A DNA stretch of 63,270 nt, filler included, from Reticulomyxa filosa (GCA_000512085.1; 19 parts of 19 records of this genome joined end to end with filler, not necessarily neighbours in it); one strand, 5' to 3'. Shown: positions 38,281-52,300, counted from the first letter of the whole stretch. A program made the numbers and translations. Notes: generated by a model not told the origin, from the letters alone.

Positions 38281-38554
38281 TCTTGCTTTCTGGACAAAGA
38301 CTCCAATAGAGCCGCTAATTTGTTGTTTTGCTCAATTAACGACTTTTGCAACTCGGCAACCACATCGACGCTTTTTGCAAACACCTGACCCGCCATCATT
38401 TGCGCTTGTTCCATGTGAAGCAATACTTGTGCGACGTCGTTGTCGAGAAAGCGTATTTTTGGCAGCAACACCGTTAGGTGTCGTTCGTTTAATTGATCCA
38501 ATTTCTATACACATAATACCACATACGTATACATAAATAGAGAGAATTAATTAA

Positions 38555-38589
<35 letters not shown>

Positions 38590-39764
38590 TCAACTGTAGA
38601 AGAATGCGACATATTGATACTCAATCCATTCGAAAGCCCAAGTTGAGCTACAGCATCGGCGATTATATCTTCAACTTGTTTCAAGTCTTCAGACAGCCAC
38701 TTGTCAATCTGCTCAATGTCTTTGGTCTTGGTTCGACCCGACTCTACCTCATTCGACAGTTTACTCAAACTTTTTTTAAAAATGTTATCACCAAAAAAAA
38801 AAAAAAAAAAATGAAGTTGAGTGTTTTTGTCTTTGTCGTTGAAAAAAAACAAACAAAAAAAACAAGTCAACACAAAAACGAACTAACCTAAATGGCAGAC
38901 GGGTAATTGTGTCGGCCACCGAACGATATTTCTCTTCCATTTGTATTTTTTCAGTCTTCAATTCCATCACCTTTGCTGCCAATGTTTCTGTATAGTGCGT
39001 GTGCGTGTGCGACATTATGATCGAATAACTGAGTGGCTAAATAATAACACACGCGGTAACAACAAGACCAAACAAAAGCAAATATGTTTTCAATGTACCG
39101 TGAGACTGTTTGCAGCGAGAGTACCATTCTCTCAGCCCTTTTTCCGGCACGCAATCCAACAATGTTTTTTTGGATTGATTTCGCAGGGCCGGATGTAGTT
39201 GAATATTCCCTAGCTGTTATATATACATATACATATACATATACATATATATGTATATGTATGTAATGTATGTGTATATGTGTCCTGTTTACAGCAAAAA
39301 AAAAAAAAAAAGGGGGCCCACCTTTTCTAAGTCTGCTTCAAACTGTTGTAACAACAGTTGATGTTCAGATGACTGCTTTTCAAATTGCTTCACATACTCT
39401 TTCATTGAAACATCCATTTTGCTGAGTAGTTTTTATTTGCATTTCATTCACTATTGTTGTTGTTTTTTTTTTTTTCTCCTCCCTTCTCTCTTTTCTCAGT
39501 TACAAATAAAAAAACTTGAATAGTGATAGAATATGCTTGTTCAACACTTGCAACGAATAGTGTTGATATGTCAATTGTTGAAGACAGGAAGAAGAAACGT
39601 CAAGTCGCTGTTGGTTTTGATGAATATAAAATTGGCTGATAAAAGAGTGGTATTGGAATTGCTGTTCAAACTGTGGCAGCGCTCGAACCAACATGGACGG
39701 ACTCTCACTTAATGGATGTCGCTCATTTTCATTCTTCTCTTCATTGTTATTATCATCATTATTA

Positions 39765-39810
<46 letters not shown>

Positions 39811-40137
39811 TCTTCACCGTCGATTACTTTTTTTCTTTTTTTGTGAAAGGACTGTGCCTCTTGCATTGTTGGCTCATTTCCGCTGTAGTTCTTTCGATCG
39901 ATTATATCTTCGCGGTTCATCGACGGATGACGAATAAATTCTCGGTCGAACAAATACACGCATGTCTCTTCTATTGTTTCCTTTTTATCCTTTAATGATT
40001 CACTCTTCCAACAACTTGGTGGAATTGCTCCACTTCCAAGTCGGATCCCTTCGCTTGTAAATAATATTTGATTTTTCATTGGGATACTTGTTTCCACTGC
40101 TAATTTTTGTTTCAAATCTTCAACTCTTTTTTTTTTT
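38243..40137 (-). CDS. ATG11: Autophagy scaffold ATG11/FIP200 N-terminal region, partial at both ends
   Basis: Ubiquitin-like start (LKQKLAVETSIPMKNQILF...VYLFDRE) and HPLSESPSMLVRALPQFEQQFQYH, matching plant ATG11 HPLDDASDPALKALPxYERQFRYH. Helical exons follow. One homopolymer frameshift near 39830. Confidence 0.78.
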
Positions 40138-40237
40138 NNNNNNNNNNNNNNNNNNNNNNNNNNNNNNNNNNNNNNNNNNNNTTAATTAATTAANNNNNNN
40201 NNNNNNNNNNNNNNNNNNNNNNNNNNNNNNNNNNNNN

Positions 40238-41690
40238 GGAGACTTCAACCAAAGAACCCAACCAACAACTTGGGCATTCCTTAGCCAAGATATCGAGGCG
40301 ACGAAGGGTGACAGTAACAACAATCAAAGAGGTCCAACAGCCATACAATGAACCCCTTACCACCGTTGATACCTCTTACATCAAGCTCCCAACCAGCCAC
40401 CAATTGTATACTGGACACGTGTTGCAACAAGCAAAGCCCACTTCGACGACCACGTGGGCAACACTCACCGCGCCCACTGCACAACATACATCCAATACAG
40501 AAACTGTCTTTCCAACTAACGACACTGAACAGGTACCCCTCACCGCTTGGATTGCAGATATTCGTCCACAGCAGCCACTTCACAGCGTACACCAAGACCA
40601 TTCACCTGCCGATACCATTGAATACAACCACCGCCAAAACCGCTCCCCAACGGGCCTAGACACCCTCAACCAAGAGGAGGAAAAGTCCATCCCCCTCGCT
40701 ATTGACACACCACACCACGTCTCACCAGAGCATGCAGACAATCATACCGTTGGTCTAGCAAGGCTGAAATCCATCGAAGCCAAAGTACCCCGCATGACCG
40801 ACATGCTATCCGACGATGAACACTCAGACATAGACTCCGACGCTGTCGTAATCTCAGCACCGAAAGCGAAGCAACGATAAACCAACATAAACAATCCACC
40901 GCCGCTAGTTTGTCCAATCTGTAATCATCAATACGCCTCCAAATCCGAAGAATGGCTTCACAACCACATCAACACCCACATTTCCAAAGACCCCAACATC
41001 ACCATCCCACCTGGCTATTTCTCATTATACAACAGAATCAGCTGTTACCGGTGCAGACAAACATTGCTCAGAAGGCTAGCCTCGAACGGTATGCATGCGA
41101 AATGCATACGGGCAGAAAATGCAGATCCAACATACTCACAATCACCATCCGAACTCAAAGTAGACGCAAACGACGCAGAACCATACGCAAACGCTGCCCT
41201 CCAAGGTTGGACTTGCCCTAAGCCTGAAACGATAGCCAAACATCCAGCCAGAATCATGGCCAGAGTGCCTCAACAAGCAAGGAGCCTCTTCGCATCAATC
41301 GTCAGCCGTGCGTTATCTGATGTCGCCTCCAAAAACAATATAGAAGCATGGGCAATGTGAATGCTCCTGATCAGAACCATCCTGTGGGATCCAGGGAGAG
41401 GTGGAAAGTCGCACATTGGGACAACATCAAGAACAATTTTAAACAGAATCCAATTGTGGAAGGCAGGCAATTACCCCCGTCTCTGTGAGGATTTTCTGAC
41501 CATTCCAATGAACTTATTGTCGAGGCAGAGAAAGCATCGAGTCTCCCAATCAAAGAAAGCAGTCTGGCAACAAGAAACAAAAGATGTATCAAATTTGCGG
41601 CCCTCGGAGAACTCTCCAAGGCCTTCAAATCACTCACTGGACAAATGCGAATGGATCGCGAACCAACCAATTCACAAAAAAAAAAAACAA
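40238..41690 (+). mobile_element. Inactive CRE-clade non-LTR retrotransposon, N-terminal part (RT missing)
   Basis: C-rich frame with stops at 40878 and 41358. Zinc fingers CPICNHQYASKSEEWLHNHINTH and CYRC...HAKC. RVPQQARSLFA...NNIEAW..LLIRTILWDPGRGGK...RIQLWKAG and frameshifted RCIKFAALGELSKAFKSL are the pre-RT motifs of CRE-type elements. Confidence 0.72.
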
Positions 41691-42359
41691 ACATATTGAC
41701 ATCAGTACCATTGTTGGTATCTCAAACTTTGCCAAGGAAAAATTGACAAATAAATTCGAGTTTTTTAAATTTAAACTCACCGACATTACGGTTTTATACA
41801 TTATATAATATACATGTCCAATCAACACTCGAGCTTGTTATTTCGTGTCGTCAATAAATTGAGCAAAGTTCAGATATATCCATCCAATTCACTATACAAT
41901 TTCTTTTTATTTCACAAAAAAAAAGGTGCAAGTATGGAACAGCTATTGAATATTAAAAAAACCTTGACGTTATTTTTTTGATTGTCACTTTTGTTTTAAA
42001 AATTTAAATAATACCCAATTTCCTTGACGCAATTCAATACAATAGTATTTTTACTGCTTTTAAAAGATTTACATGTGAAAAACATGTGTTAAATTTTGTT
42101 TTTGCAAAAGGAAAAAACTCTTGGGCTTATTACCTTTTTAACATGGTGATGTTGTCAAACTCTCACTTCTATTCTTTTGCGGCCAATTCCTTGGCTAAAT
42201 GGAGAGTTTTAACAACGCTGGCACACACTTGCAGTTGCTTGTTGAAGTTGCTAAACGATATTCTGATCAATGAATAGTTGAAAAATTGATGCAATTGTTT
42301 GAAGACTTTGAATGGCTTGTGTTAACACTTTATTTATTTTTCCTTTTTTTTTAGACAGT

Positions 42360-43860
42360 TGATATTTGTTTTAAATTTTAGTCAATAAATAGACGGTCCG
42401 GAATGTACTTGTATTTGGTTAACTCCACCGAAAATGACGATATAATTTTCAAATATATCCATGCTGCTGAAAAGTGGCACAAATTAAATTAATATGCCGA
42501 GAAAATAGCCATTATGATCCTGGGAAAGTAAAAGAAATTTTGTTGGAATCAAACAAAATCAAAGACCTTTGATTCACGCTGATGATCGTCACTGTTTGTG
42601 GACGAATTGACCTCCCATTTGTACTGTTTCATCGAAATGTATTTGCAACGAATGAATACCAGCGCTTTGAATGCACCAGAAGACCAAATCCGAAATTTAG
42701 TAAATAGCATTGTCCGGTGAAAGAATTAGTGGAAAACAAATCCAATTGCAATGGCTAGAAAGATATTGTATAGAAAGATAAGATGCCGATTTGTGGGCTT
42801 TGGTGTTGGCAGAACAAAACGGACAACGAGGATCATTGATTGATCAAATGGTATCCACTGCATTGGCTACCACATTAGTTCTCTTGGAATTATTCCAAAA
42901 AGCAGCAGAAGCTGCAATACAAGCAAATAATATCTAAATATGGAAAGATGTTTGTTATGCATGTGTTGAAAATGGCAAATTTTGATTGGACCAAATGCGC
43001 AGTGTTAACATTATCGTGCTTACTGATTACTTGAATGAATTAATCCAACACTACAAAAATCATAATCAATTTGTTGGAACGGGGTATCAAATATCATCAA
43101 GGCATTACATTCAATTGGGTATATTATCTGCCAATACAAGAAAAGGAATTGATTGGACATATTCACTTATTCTGGGACCGTTTCAATATTCCAACTTTGC
43201 TGCAAGCATGCAAAGATAACTTGCATTGGAAAGAAACAGTATTTTTTTTATACTCATTATGGTCAATATGACAATGCTATCGACGATTGTTCACACACCA
43301 TCTTGTTGGGAACATGAGCAATTTAAATCGGTCATTGTCCAAGTAACAAACACTGAAGTCTTCTACGCGATTTACATAAACATCCATTGCTCCTAAGTGA
43401 ATTGTTGAATGAATTAAGTGAACGCTTGGATCGCAAAAGTGTTGTGAAAACTGTTGATACGGGTCGCCAATTGCCTTTGAAAAAAAGGGCAATACGAATG
43501 AACAAGCACAAGTGCAGCCACCTTGCGAAGATGGAAGAACCAATGGACCAGGCAAAACTGACTCTGGAAAATGAAATAAACCAAATAAAGAAGTTGATCA
43601 AAGAATATAATGAGTATCCGATGGATCATAGCCAGAAAAAGAGAAAGAAAAGATAATGAGCAAAGAGAAGACAGTCGAGTAACTGGATGCCAAACGAAAA
43701 TTATTGATCTTTTGATATCAAAGGAGCCGTCTCAATATATGGGCATTGACTCCTATTTAAAAAATCCTAAAAAAGGTTATGAAGAAAATGATACAAATAT
43801 CATTCTCGAGCAAGAGCAGGAACGAAAACAGTAACAAGCGCAAGAACAGAATAAGTAATA
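42360..43860 (+). pseudogene. CLTC: Clathrin heavy chain pseudogene with large internal deletions
   Basis: Collinear fragments FKYIHAA, CRENSHYDPGKVK, DADLWALVLAEQNGQRGSLIDQMVSTAL, FQKAAEAAIQANN.*IWKDVCYACVE, HIHLFWDRFNIPTLLQAC..NLHWKETVF and WEHEQFKSVIVQVTNTEVFY, with many stops and frameshifts. Confidence 0.82.
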
Positions 43861-45045
43861 TATCAAAGTAAGGAGATACTTCCTTTACAGAAAGGCGTTA
43901 GAATCAAAATCTTTCGCTGTTATTTCATTTGAGCAAAAAAAAAGGAATGCAATTACAAAATAAGATATAAAAATAAATGATATTTGAATTTCTCTTTTTC
44001 AAAATTGTTATACGTTTTATTTTATTCAGGTAGTTGAGTCGACACATTCACATAGAAATATAAAAGAGTTTCAAAAAATACTTTTGAAAAGTTATTTCAA
44101 TTGGTAATGACTGATATATTAAGTAGATAAAGATACAAATTAGCAATTTACATAGAATGCTTTATTTGAATTCATTAAATAAATTTTTGTCATTGTTTAT
44201 TTGAAAAATGAAAAAATACAAAATATCTTTTATTGTTATAAGTATTTTGTCTTGCCTTTTATTTTTGGCTCTTTTTTCTTGGAAAAAAAAAACTATTCAT
44301 CATAGAGAATGATAATGTTGACATGTGCTCAAATCATGTCCTTTCAAACAGATTCGAAGTTGTGCTTTGTTTTGGGCTACTACAGATATGGGAACTTCTT
44401 CCATTTGAAGACTACGAACACTTTTCTTTGGAACAAGACTAGCTCTTAGTCGCTCCTTTTACCGAACCTTTTCCTTTGCCAGTGTATTGACACTGGTTTT
44501 ACCTTTCTATCCAATGTTTCACACTATTGCACTGTCTGTCAGTGCCTTTTCAAAGAATTTTATTAGTCCTTCCAGACTAAACATTCCTCCAATTGTTGCT
44601 GTTTGATTATTTCTCTGTTATTCGTCAATTACCATCATTCTTTCTTTCGTGAGTGTCTCGCATCTGTATAACACATGCTTGACTGGACTATCCCATTTTT
44701 TCTTACACCAATTGCATTTTTTTCACTTCCAAGGTTTTTGGTCCCCCCCAACCTGCTGGTCATCCAGCTGAACTTTGGGTTTCCCACCACTATTCTAAAA
44801 AACTTTTTTAAACTTTCATATTTTGAATTTTTTAGGTTCCCATTTATTGCATGAACTAATGATTTGTATGATCTCCTGTTCTTGTTCCATATTCCTACTA
44901 AGTCCATTACTAGTGAGTGTTTTCATCCCTTTGGAGTGTTTGTGGNNNNNNNNNNNNNNNNNNNNNNNNNNNNNNNNNNNNNNNNNNNNTTAATTAATTA
45001 ANNNNNNNNNNNNNNNNNNNNNNNNNNNNNNNNNNNNNNNNNNNN

Positions 45046-45085
<40 letters not shown>

Positions 45086-45986
45086 AAAAGCAACCGATTT
45101 TCGAAAATGAAATTCTAATTAAACCCACCTTTCTGGCTTGTTCCGTCAAGTTCAGTCCATCCAATTCGTCATCGTACAAGTTTTCAACTTCGACTCCGTT
45201 GATATTGCTGGAGAGGTGAGTAGTGCCCTTGGAAGCACTGCCATTCGCATTTGCAAAGGAAGAGAGTTTGTTGTTGTTGTTGTTGTCGTTGTCGTTGTCG
45301 TTGCTGTCATTGGAAGCATATGCCTCTGCAGATGGTGCCATTGGTGCAGGTGCTCCATTGATAGACAAGTCGTGAATGGTCAAAAATGATTTTGCATTGA
45401 CTTCATTTTTACTCTGAGCTTGGGCTGGGTCGGAGGTTGCGTCCGCAGATGCATTTTTTGACATTACCTTGGAATAGTCCTCCGAATTAATGTAATCAAT
45501 TTTCGTCGGGTCATATGCCATATGGTCTTTATGAAGCTCTTTTATAAATGCCGTGCTGTCAAATTTTTCAATATCTATATTGTAATAATGCTCTATCAAT
45601 TTTATTTTTACTATGTAATGATCCACTCGATGTCGCAAGTTTTCCACCAATTTAAATCCAAACTCTCTCTCTTGCTCCCATTGCCGCTTCTCGGTTTCCA
45701 ATTGCTTATTGTCTCGGCGGTAATCGTTCAATAACAACAGACCCTCGCTGCGCTCTTGCTCCCATCTTGCGCGCTCTTCTTTACGCTCTTGCCACAATTT
45801 TTTGTACTCTGTTATCCATTGCTTCAACTTTTTTATCAAACATACACACACACACACACATGCAAGGTCCCGTCCAAGAAAATATTATAATAATGATCAT
45901 ATTTTACAATTTATGTACTTAACTTGCTCTTCCACCGTCATACCAGGACGTATAAAGGTCACTTGAAAATCTTCACTTTCAGACAT
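45046..45986 (-). CDS. Coiled-coil protein of unknown function, 3' partial
   Basis: MSESEDFQVTFIRPGMTVEEQ|LKQWITEYKKLWQERKEERARWEQER..., with a repeated WEQER heptad segment. Next donor at 45128. Confidence 0.6.
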
Positions 45987-46277
45987 TGCTAAGTGTGACA
46001 GATGCTGGAGTTTTTCTTTTCAGAAAAAGAGTTCTCAAACATTTCCTTTTGAGAAGATTTACTGTGCTGTTCGGCCTGGCATTTCACAAAAACACTTGAT
46101 TTAAAATTATATAATAAATAAAAATTTAAATTGTATACTTTTTCAACACGTACATAGGTCTTTATCAATATTGCAACTTTTAAACGAGAGACGAAGCAAA
46201 AGAGAGCCGAAGTGTAAACAACAGGTACAGTGTCGGAAAAAAAAAGTATTAAAAGACTCCTCACAAAGGTAGCAATA

Positions 46278-47085
46278 ATGTCAAGTAATAGGGAGAAAGG
46301 CAAAAATTCCAAGGAAATTCAACCGTTAATAGAAAAAGATGACGCAAAAACGTCGAAGAAGTCAGGCAGTTTTGAAACGTTGGCTCCACAAGCAGCAATG
46401 CACGATCCCCAAATCGAATCGAATGTCACAAAATATTTAAAGAAGGACACTTCATTCACAGAAAAATGGGGAGAATGTGTAAAAGTATACTTAACAACAG
46501 ATTGGAGACGAGGCAAAGGTTGCAATAAAAACCACATTGACGATGCACATCATGATAATTGTGTATTAGCCGACGAATGGCATATGTCCGCCAAGGTGGT
46601 CACTATGGATTCAGGATCATCAGAGGCATATTCTTATTTAGTTTCACTAATTATTCGAAGTCGGAGTAAAGAAGTGAAACATTTGCCATTCCATTATTGT
46701 CAAGGTCTGTTTCCAAAAAAATTCTTTCTTTCCTCTTTTTTTTTTTTTTTTTGCATCACAATTTTTTTTTTTTTTTTGCATTCCGCTCACAAAATCATTT
46801 TTAAAAAAGTTCGTGCTGGTGAACCATTTGACTGCAGACTATTGGATGATGCTGCATATGACGCACTTGTAAATAAATTTGGTAAAAAACGGTCTTGCAA
46901 GCATCGGAAAACTCGAAAAAAATAAATCAAGCAGTAAACATACTAAAGTGACGGTGGATGTCAATGATGACACCACGCAGGAAGAAGATGAAAGAGGAAA
47001 TATCAGCAAAAAACAAGTTGCATGTTTGTGTAGTGGCATTGCTTTGGTTATTGTTATCTGTCTTGTTTTAACGATTGGTCTGTGA
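46278..47085 (+). CDS. Tail-anchored membrane protein of unknown function
   Basis: Intron ~46705-46809, an A-run frameshift near 46885, and a single C-terminal TM VACLCSGIALVIVICLVLTIGL*. Confidence 0.55.
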
Positions 47086-47363
47086 TCTATGGGATAATCT
47101 TTTCTTAGCTACTGCCTTATAATTCGCAAAAATTAATGCTATGTGTTTTTATAAAGAGGTTCAACAGATATACATACTTGTACTGAATGAGTCTTAACTC
47201 TGAAAACATATTCATAGTTTTGTTGAAAGAGAAAAGTGAGCCTTTTTTTTTTTCCATCAATCTTGCAGGCAACACTAAAAAAAGGAGTTTTAGTTTTAAA
47301 AAATGAACCTAGGGGGGGGGATGTTAAAAAAAAGCATACCATAATTATATTGAGAGAAAATTA

Positions 47364-48388
47364 ATGTCAAGAAAATTTGTAGTAGATGACGATTCAATTC
47401 GGGCAAAAGTAGTTGTTTTGGGAACTGCAAGTTCAGTGGATCGTAGATTTCTGTTGATTTGTTTGGCAGACTTGCAGTGTAAGTCAACGGATGTGTTTGT
47501 GCAAGAAAAGACGTAGGAAAAACATGTTTGGTGATTAAGTACGACACTGGTAATTTTGCAGAAGGATCTGCGCCAACAATAGGAGCCTCTTATGTTGCAA
47601 AAAAAGTGTTATGCCATGTTTATGTGTGCGTGCAAACAATCACTCAATGAAGTGCATATGAATGTGTTTGTTTGGACAAACAAACAAAAAAATAGACAAG
47701 TGAACAAAGATAATGGAATATTACTACAAGTTAAACGAAGCAAAAAAAAAAAGGTGATTCAGAAACCAGTTAATAGAAAGAAAACAATACACAATAGATA
47801 TGGGACACGGCAGGACAAGAAAGATTCAAGTCAATGGCCTCCATGTATTATCGAGGTGCAGATGCAGCAATCTTAGTATTTGATGTCACAGATAATCACT
47901 CTTTTGAGTCTGTGAAACAATGGGTCCAAGGTGAGTTTTTAGTGTTTGGCACATCTACATATACATATATGCATATGTAGATGCGAATTGATCTGTTTAA
48001 AAGAATAAACTAAAAAAAAAACTCAAAGATATAACGCACATCTGCTTGCAATACTACAATGAATGTGTGTTTCAAAAACAACAAAGAGTTGCAAGAACAC
48101 AGTGACGTGTCATCTGACATAGTATTAGCCATCGCTGCGAATAAAATCGACTTAGCGAATCAAAACCCTTCCAAAGAATCTTTGTTAGCACAAGCAAAAG
48201 AATATGCCAAAGAAATAAAAGCGTCTTTTTTTGAAACCTCTGCCAAAACATCACAAGGCATCCAACCTTTGTTTGAAACGGTCGCACAAAATATCTTATC
48301 CATTAAACTTAAAAAAACAAATGCTGATGACAACAGGGTCATTGTTTGGGATACATCATCCAATCGGAAGAGGTGTTGTTATGGGTAA
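47364..48388 (+). CDS. Rab GTPase, Rab5/21/22/31 group
   Basis: Five exons (introns 47431-47510, 47608-47695, 47730-47797, 47931-48086): [49 protein letters not shown] and C-terminal CCYG. Confidence 0.92.
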
Positions 48389-49312
48389 TTTTTCCTTTGT
48401 TGGCCCATTTTCTTTCTTTCCTCTTTTTCTCTTGCCAGCTTTTGAAATTTTCTAATTTTGCCTCTTTGAGCTTTTTTCACACCACCGATTATGCTTACTT
48501 ATCACCATTCTATTTATCACGATGAAGCAAACCCATATCATGTACAAATTACAACTGTGATTACAAAAAGATACAACACACGGGATAAAATTTTTTTTTT
48601 ATGAGAGTTTGATATTTCTACTTTCTTGCTTAGGGGTAACACGCTTGCTAAATAGTACGTCAAGGGTGCAAGGTTCACAAGTTTTCAACAAATTAAAAAA
48701 GTTCATGAATAAGAGCCCAAAAATATCACATAGCATCAAATAAAAGACAAATCAAATTTTAAAGAAATTAATAACTTTTCAAAACTTTTTAAGGTGCTTT
48801 CGACGCATGGATTTTATTCAAAAAATATCAAAAAACTATTTTCATTGTTCGACAGTTGCTCTATTAGTTCTAATTTCCCATTGAAACATTTAGGACATTT
48901 CACAATGTACTGTTTACTTTGAAGGTTGGATATGCAGCAAAATCTTGATTGAAATGATGAACAATTTATTCTCGATCACAACAAACCTCACTTTTTATTA
49001 TATCAACAAGATTTTGTCAACTTTTTCTTAATGCTTTCATTATGAAGTTCAGTTTTTCTGTTGGTCCCTTTTGGTTCGTTTAGAAAAAAAATGGTGTCGT
49101 TGAAGTGTATGCACTTTGTGTTTCACCTTCTAATTTTATGAATTAACCAATAGTTGGTTAAATTACACTTGCTTTAAATTTTTGAATATTTAAATCATGT
49201 ACGTGGTGTGTTAGAGAATAAATAGGGATAACATAAAACAACCAATGAATAGATGTAGCAAGGGTTTATGTTTTTTTTCTAGTGTTGGCCCCAAAAATAC
49301 TTTTTCGGGACA

Positions 49313-52300
49313 ATGGCAGCCCCATCTACAACGCTTGAACATGAAGCTGAAAATGGCATTTTTTACGCTGTTCAAGAGTTGGCACAGACCGAAAGAGGAT
49401 ATTTGAAATCATTGAATCAATTGAGAAGGGTACTTGAACAAAGCAAAAAACAGAAAAGGGGAGAGGATGAAAAACACAAACACAACGAAACAAAACATTG
49501 GGACAGGAATACATCAATAAAAATGTTGGAAAGCAAAGTTCTGAATGAAGAAAAAATTCATGCATATTTTTTGGAGATACTGATAATCAATGGCATCCAT
49601 TATTTACTGTCTGAAAATTTGGAGAGAGAATTGGATTGTTGGCCATCTTCACAAATCCCTCAATTATTTTTGCAATTTGTTCAGCTTTTATTTACATATT
49701 TTTTTTGTTTGTTTTATAACGGCATAGAAACAATTCTCAACGAATGCACATATAAAAAACTCTGTACATCACTATTTTTCTTATCCAATTATCACAACTC
49801 CCAAAAAAAAAAAAAAAAAAATGAAAAAAAAAGGTACCAACATTTCGAGTGTATACGTATTATGTATTGCGATATAATTGGATCGCAGAAGAAATGAAAA
49901 AGCTCGCAGAACAATACCCAGAGCTCAAAAATATTTTACCAGTTTTTTTTTTTCCCTTCTCCAATAACAAGCTTACATGATAGCACTTTTTATTTCAAAA
50001 AAAAAAAAAAAAAAAAGGGAAAAAGTTATTGGCCACAAAAAATTGAAAACTTGTTGATTACTCCAGTGCAAAGAATTCCTCGATACAAACTTTTATTGGC
50101 AGTGCGTTGAGTTTGTTTCCTTTTTGCGATTTCTATGAACGTTTACATTTTTTTTTTTTTTTATATATAAAGTTTGAAAAATCGACACATTTTTTTTTTT
50201 TTTTTTTTTTTTGTGGAAAAAAAAAAGGAAATAATAAAATTGAAATCAAAAATCCCAAAAAGCAAGGTGGAACCATCCACACCAGTGGAAAACGTGGCGA
50301 CAAAGAATGACAATACACAGACGGCAAATGCATTGAATGACAGTGCACGCGAGATTGAAGAGCAGAAGAGTGCTGACACAAACACAACCGTGAAGGAAAA
50401 TCGCCGACATAAATCGAAGCAGCTGAGTGCCAATAGTGACACGTGGCGACACATGCACAGCAACTCACTGGTGATCACATTGACGGAAGAGAAGCCATCG
50501 AACGGGATGGGTTCGGAAGCAGTCACAGTCGCCTCTCCAAGTGAAGCAGAGTTGGAAGAAGACTCGAATTTTGAAGAGACGGCCAGCATCAAAGACAAAA
50601 AAGAACGTGCCAACAGCAGAGACTCCATTCGCTCAAAACACAATTTGACTCTCACCATTTCCACCAATGTCAATGAAGAAAAGACGACGACTGACATTAC
50701 TCCAGTGTTGTCCGAGCCAAAAACAATGTCCTCTCAACATGAGAATGCGATTCTGGTGACCAATTCAAAGGTTATTTTATTTACACATTTTTTTATAACA
50801 AAAATGTATCAATACAAATAAAATATAAAATATAAATATATACATTTATATTTATATAAAGTGAAATTTTTATTTTTTCATTTTTTTTTTTTTTTTTTTG
50901 ATGAAAGAATGCCTAAAAAAACAAAAAGAAACATCACAGATTTCATCAAACACAAACACTGGCGATGCTACGTGGGTTTATGAAATGCGATTTGTGGTTG
51001 AAATGCGCGTCAGCTACGAAAGGCTGAAACATAGAAAGGCAGTGCATCTTGATGCAAAACATTCTGCAAGTGAAAACGATAAACAAATAGACAGACAAAA
51101 AGAACAGTTCAAAATCAACTTGGCTCATTTGTTGAGTATCGATAGCGAGCGAGTGTCATTTGTTGATGTGGAAAAAATACACGGTGGCTATTCGATTGTT
51201 TTTCATGTACTTTTCACCAATTTGAGTTGAGTCCATTGTTTTCGAGTTGCTGGCGTGTCTATTCATCAATGTATATCATTATACACAAAAACTCTTTGTG
51301 AAAAATATAGTCGACCTCACTCGTTTGCGAATGGCATTTGATACGATAATTGACAATTTCGAATTTCAAAAAAAAGTTTGGCGAGACAATGGACCTGAAA
51401 GAAACACCCAACATCCAAATGCACGTAACCGACTTTTATGAGTTGAAGACAGCGGATGAAGCTATTGCCCAATTGGATAATGCGGGCGATCCCAATGGCG
51501 AAATCATCACTTTTGAGGATTCAGAGAACAGTGAACAGAAGAGCAACAATGATAGTGATGAGTTGGAAAACTTTGAAGAAGAAGGCAGCACTAACACTGA
51601 CGGCAATGATAGCGGTGATGGTGATACACTTGGACATGACAAAGACACAAAAGATCACAAAGATAAAAATAGAGATAAAGGTAAGGATAAGAATAAGGAT
51701 AAAGACAAAGACAAAGATAATGAACATACAAATGAAGACCGTTCTGACACTAGTCACACTGACCTTGATGAATTTCATTTCCTCCAGTTGCATACTTCTG
51801 AAGAGAACGTTGGTATGGAGACCATCGACAGTACCAAAGAAGATTCATTTGCTCACGTATGCTACACAAAGAGAGAAAAAGGGGGTTGTTTTTAAAAAAA
51901 TAAAAAAAATTTGAATGAAAGCTAAGATTAAATAATAAAATATACAAACAGCCCGAAATTGAAGTGTGGCGCAACGATAACCATGAAGAGGACCACGAAG
52001 AGCCTCCTCAGCGAACCATCACGAACCCGCTGTCCTTGCTTGCGCGCTCATCTCAGGCCGCAAGTGCAATTCGATTAACCAGTTTGGGAATTCAAGGGGA
52101 CAAGCAAGTGTCACAAACGCCTCTGACTCCCTTTGGAGGGATGAACAAAATGCTCAGTGCACCGGGGACGCCCTTTCATTTGGCAAACACCCCTTTTGGA
52201 TTATCTCCGGTCACTCCGCGATTATTTAGTTTCCGCAGTAGTAATTCTTCCATCGGCAGCGCCGCTGGGCTTGTGCTGTCTCCAAAAGCAAGTGGCGGAG

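Noticed and set aside
44300-44945. Possible retroelement 3' end on the minus strand
   Set aside because: Compositionally distinct, but no recognisable motif, so it cannot be supported.
12195-51380. Programmed ribosomal frameshifting in the GT34, TVP38, ATG11, tail-anchored and RhoGEF genes
   Set aside because: All shifts fall in A/T homopolymers, in mixed directions and with no shared stop-adjacent motif. Homopolymer sequencing error is simpler.
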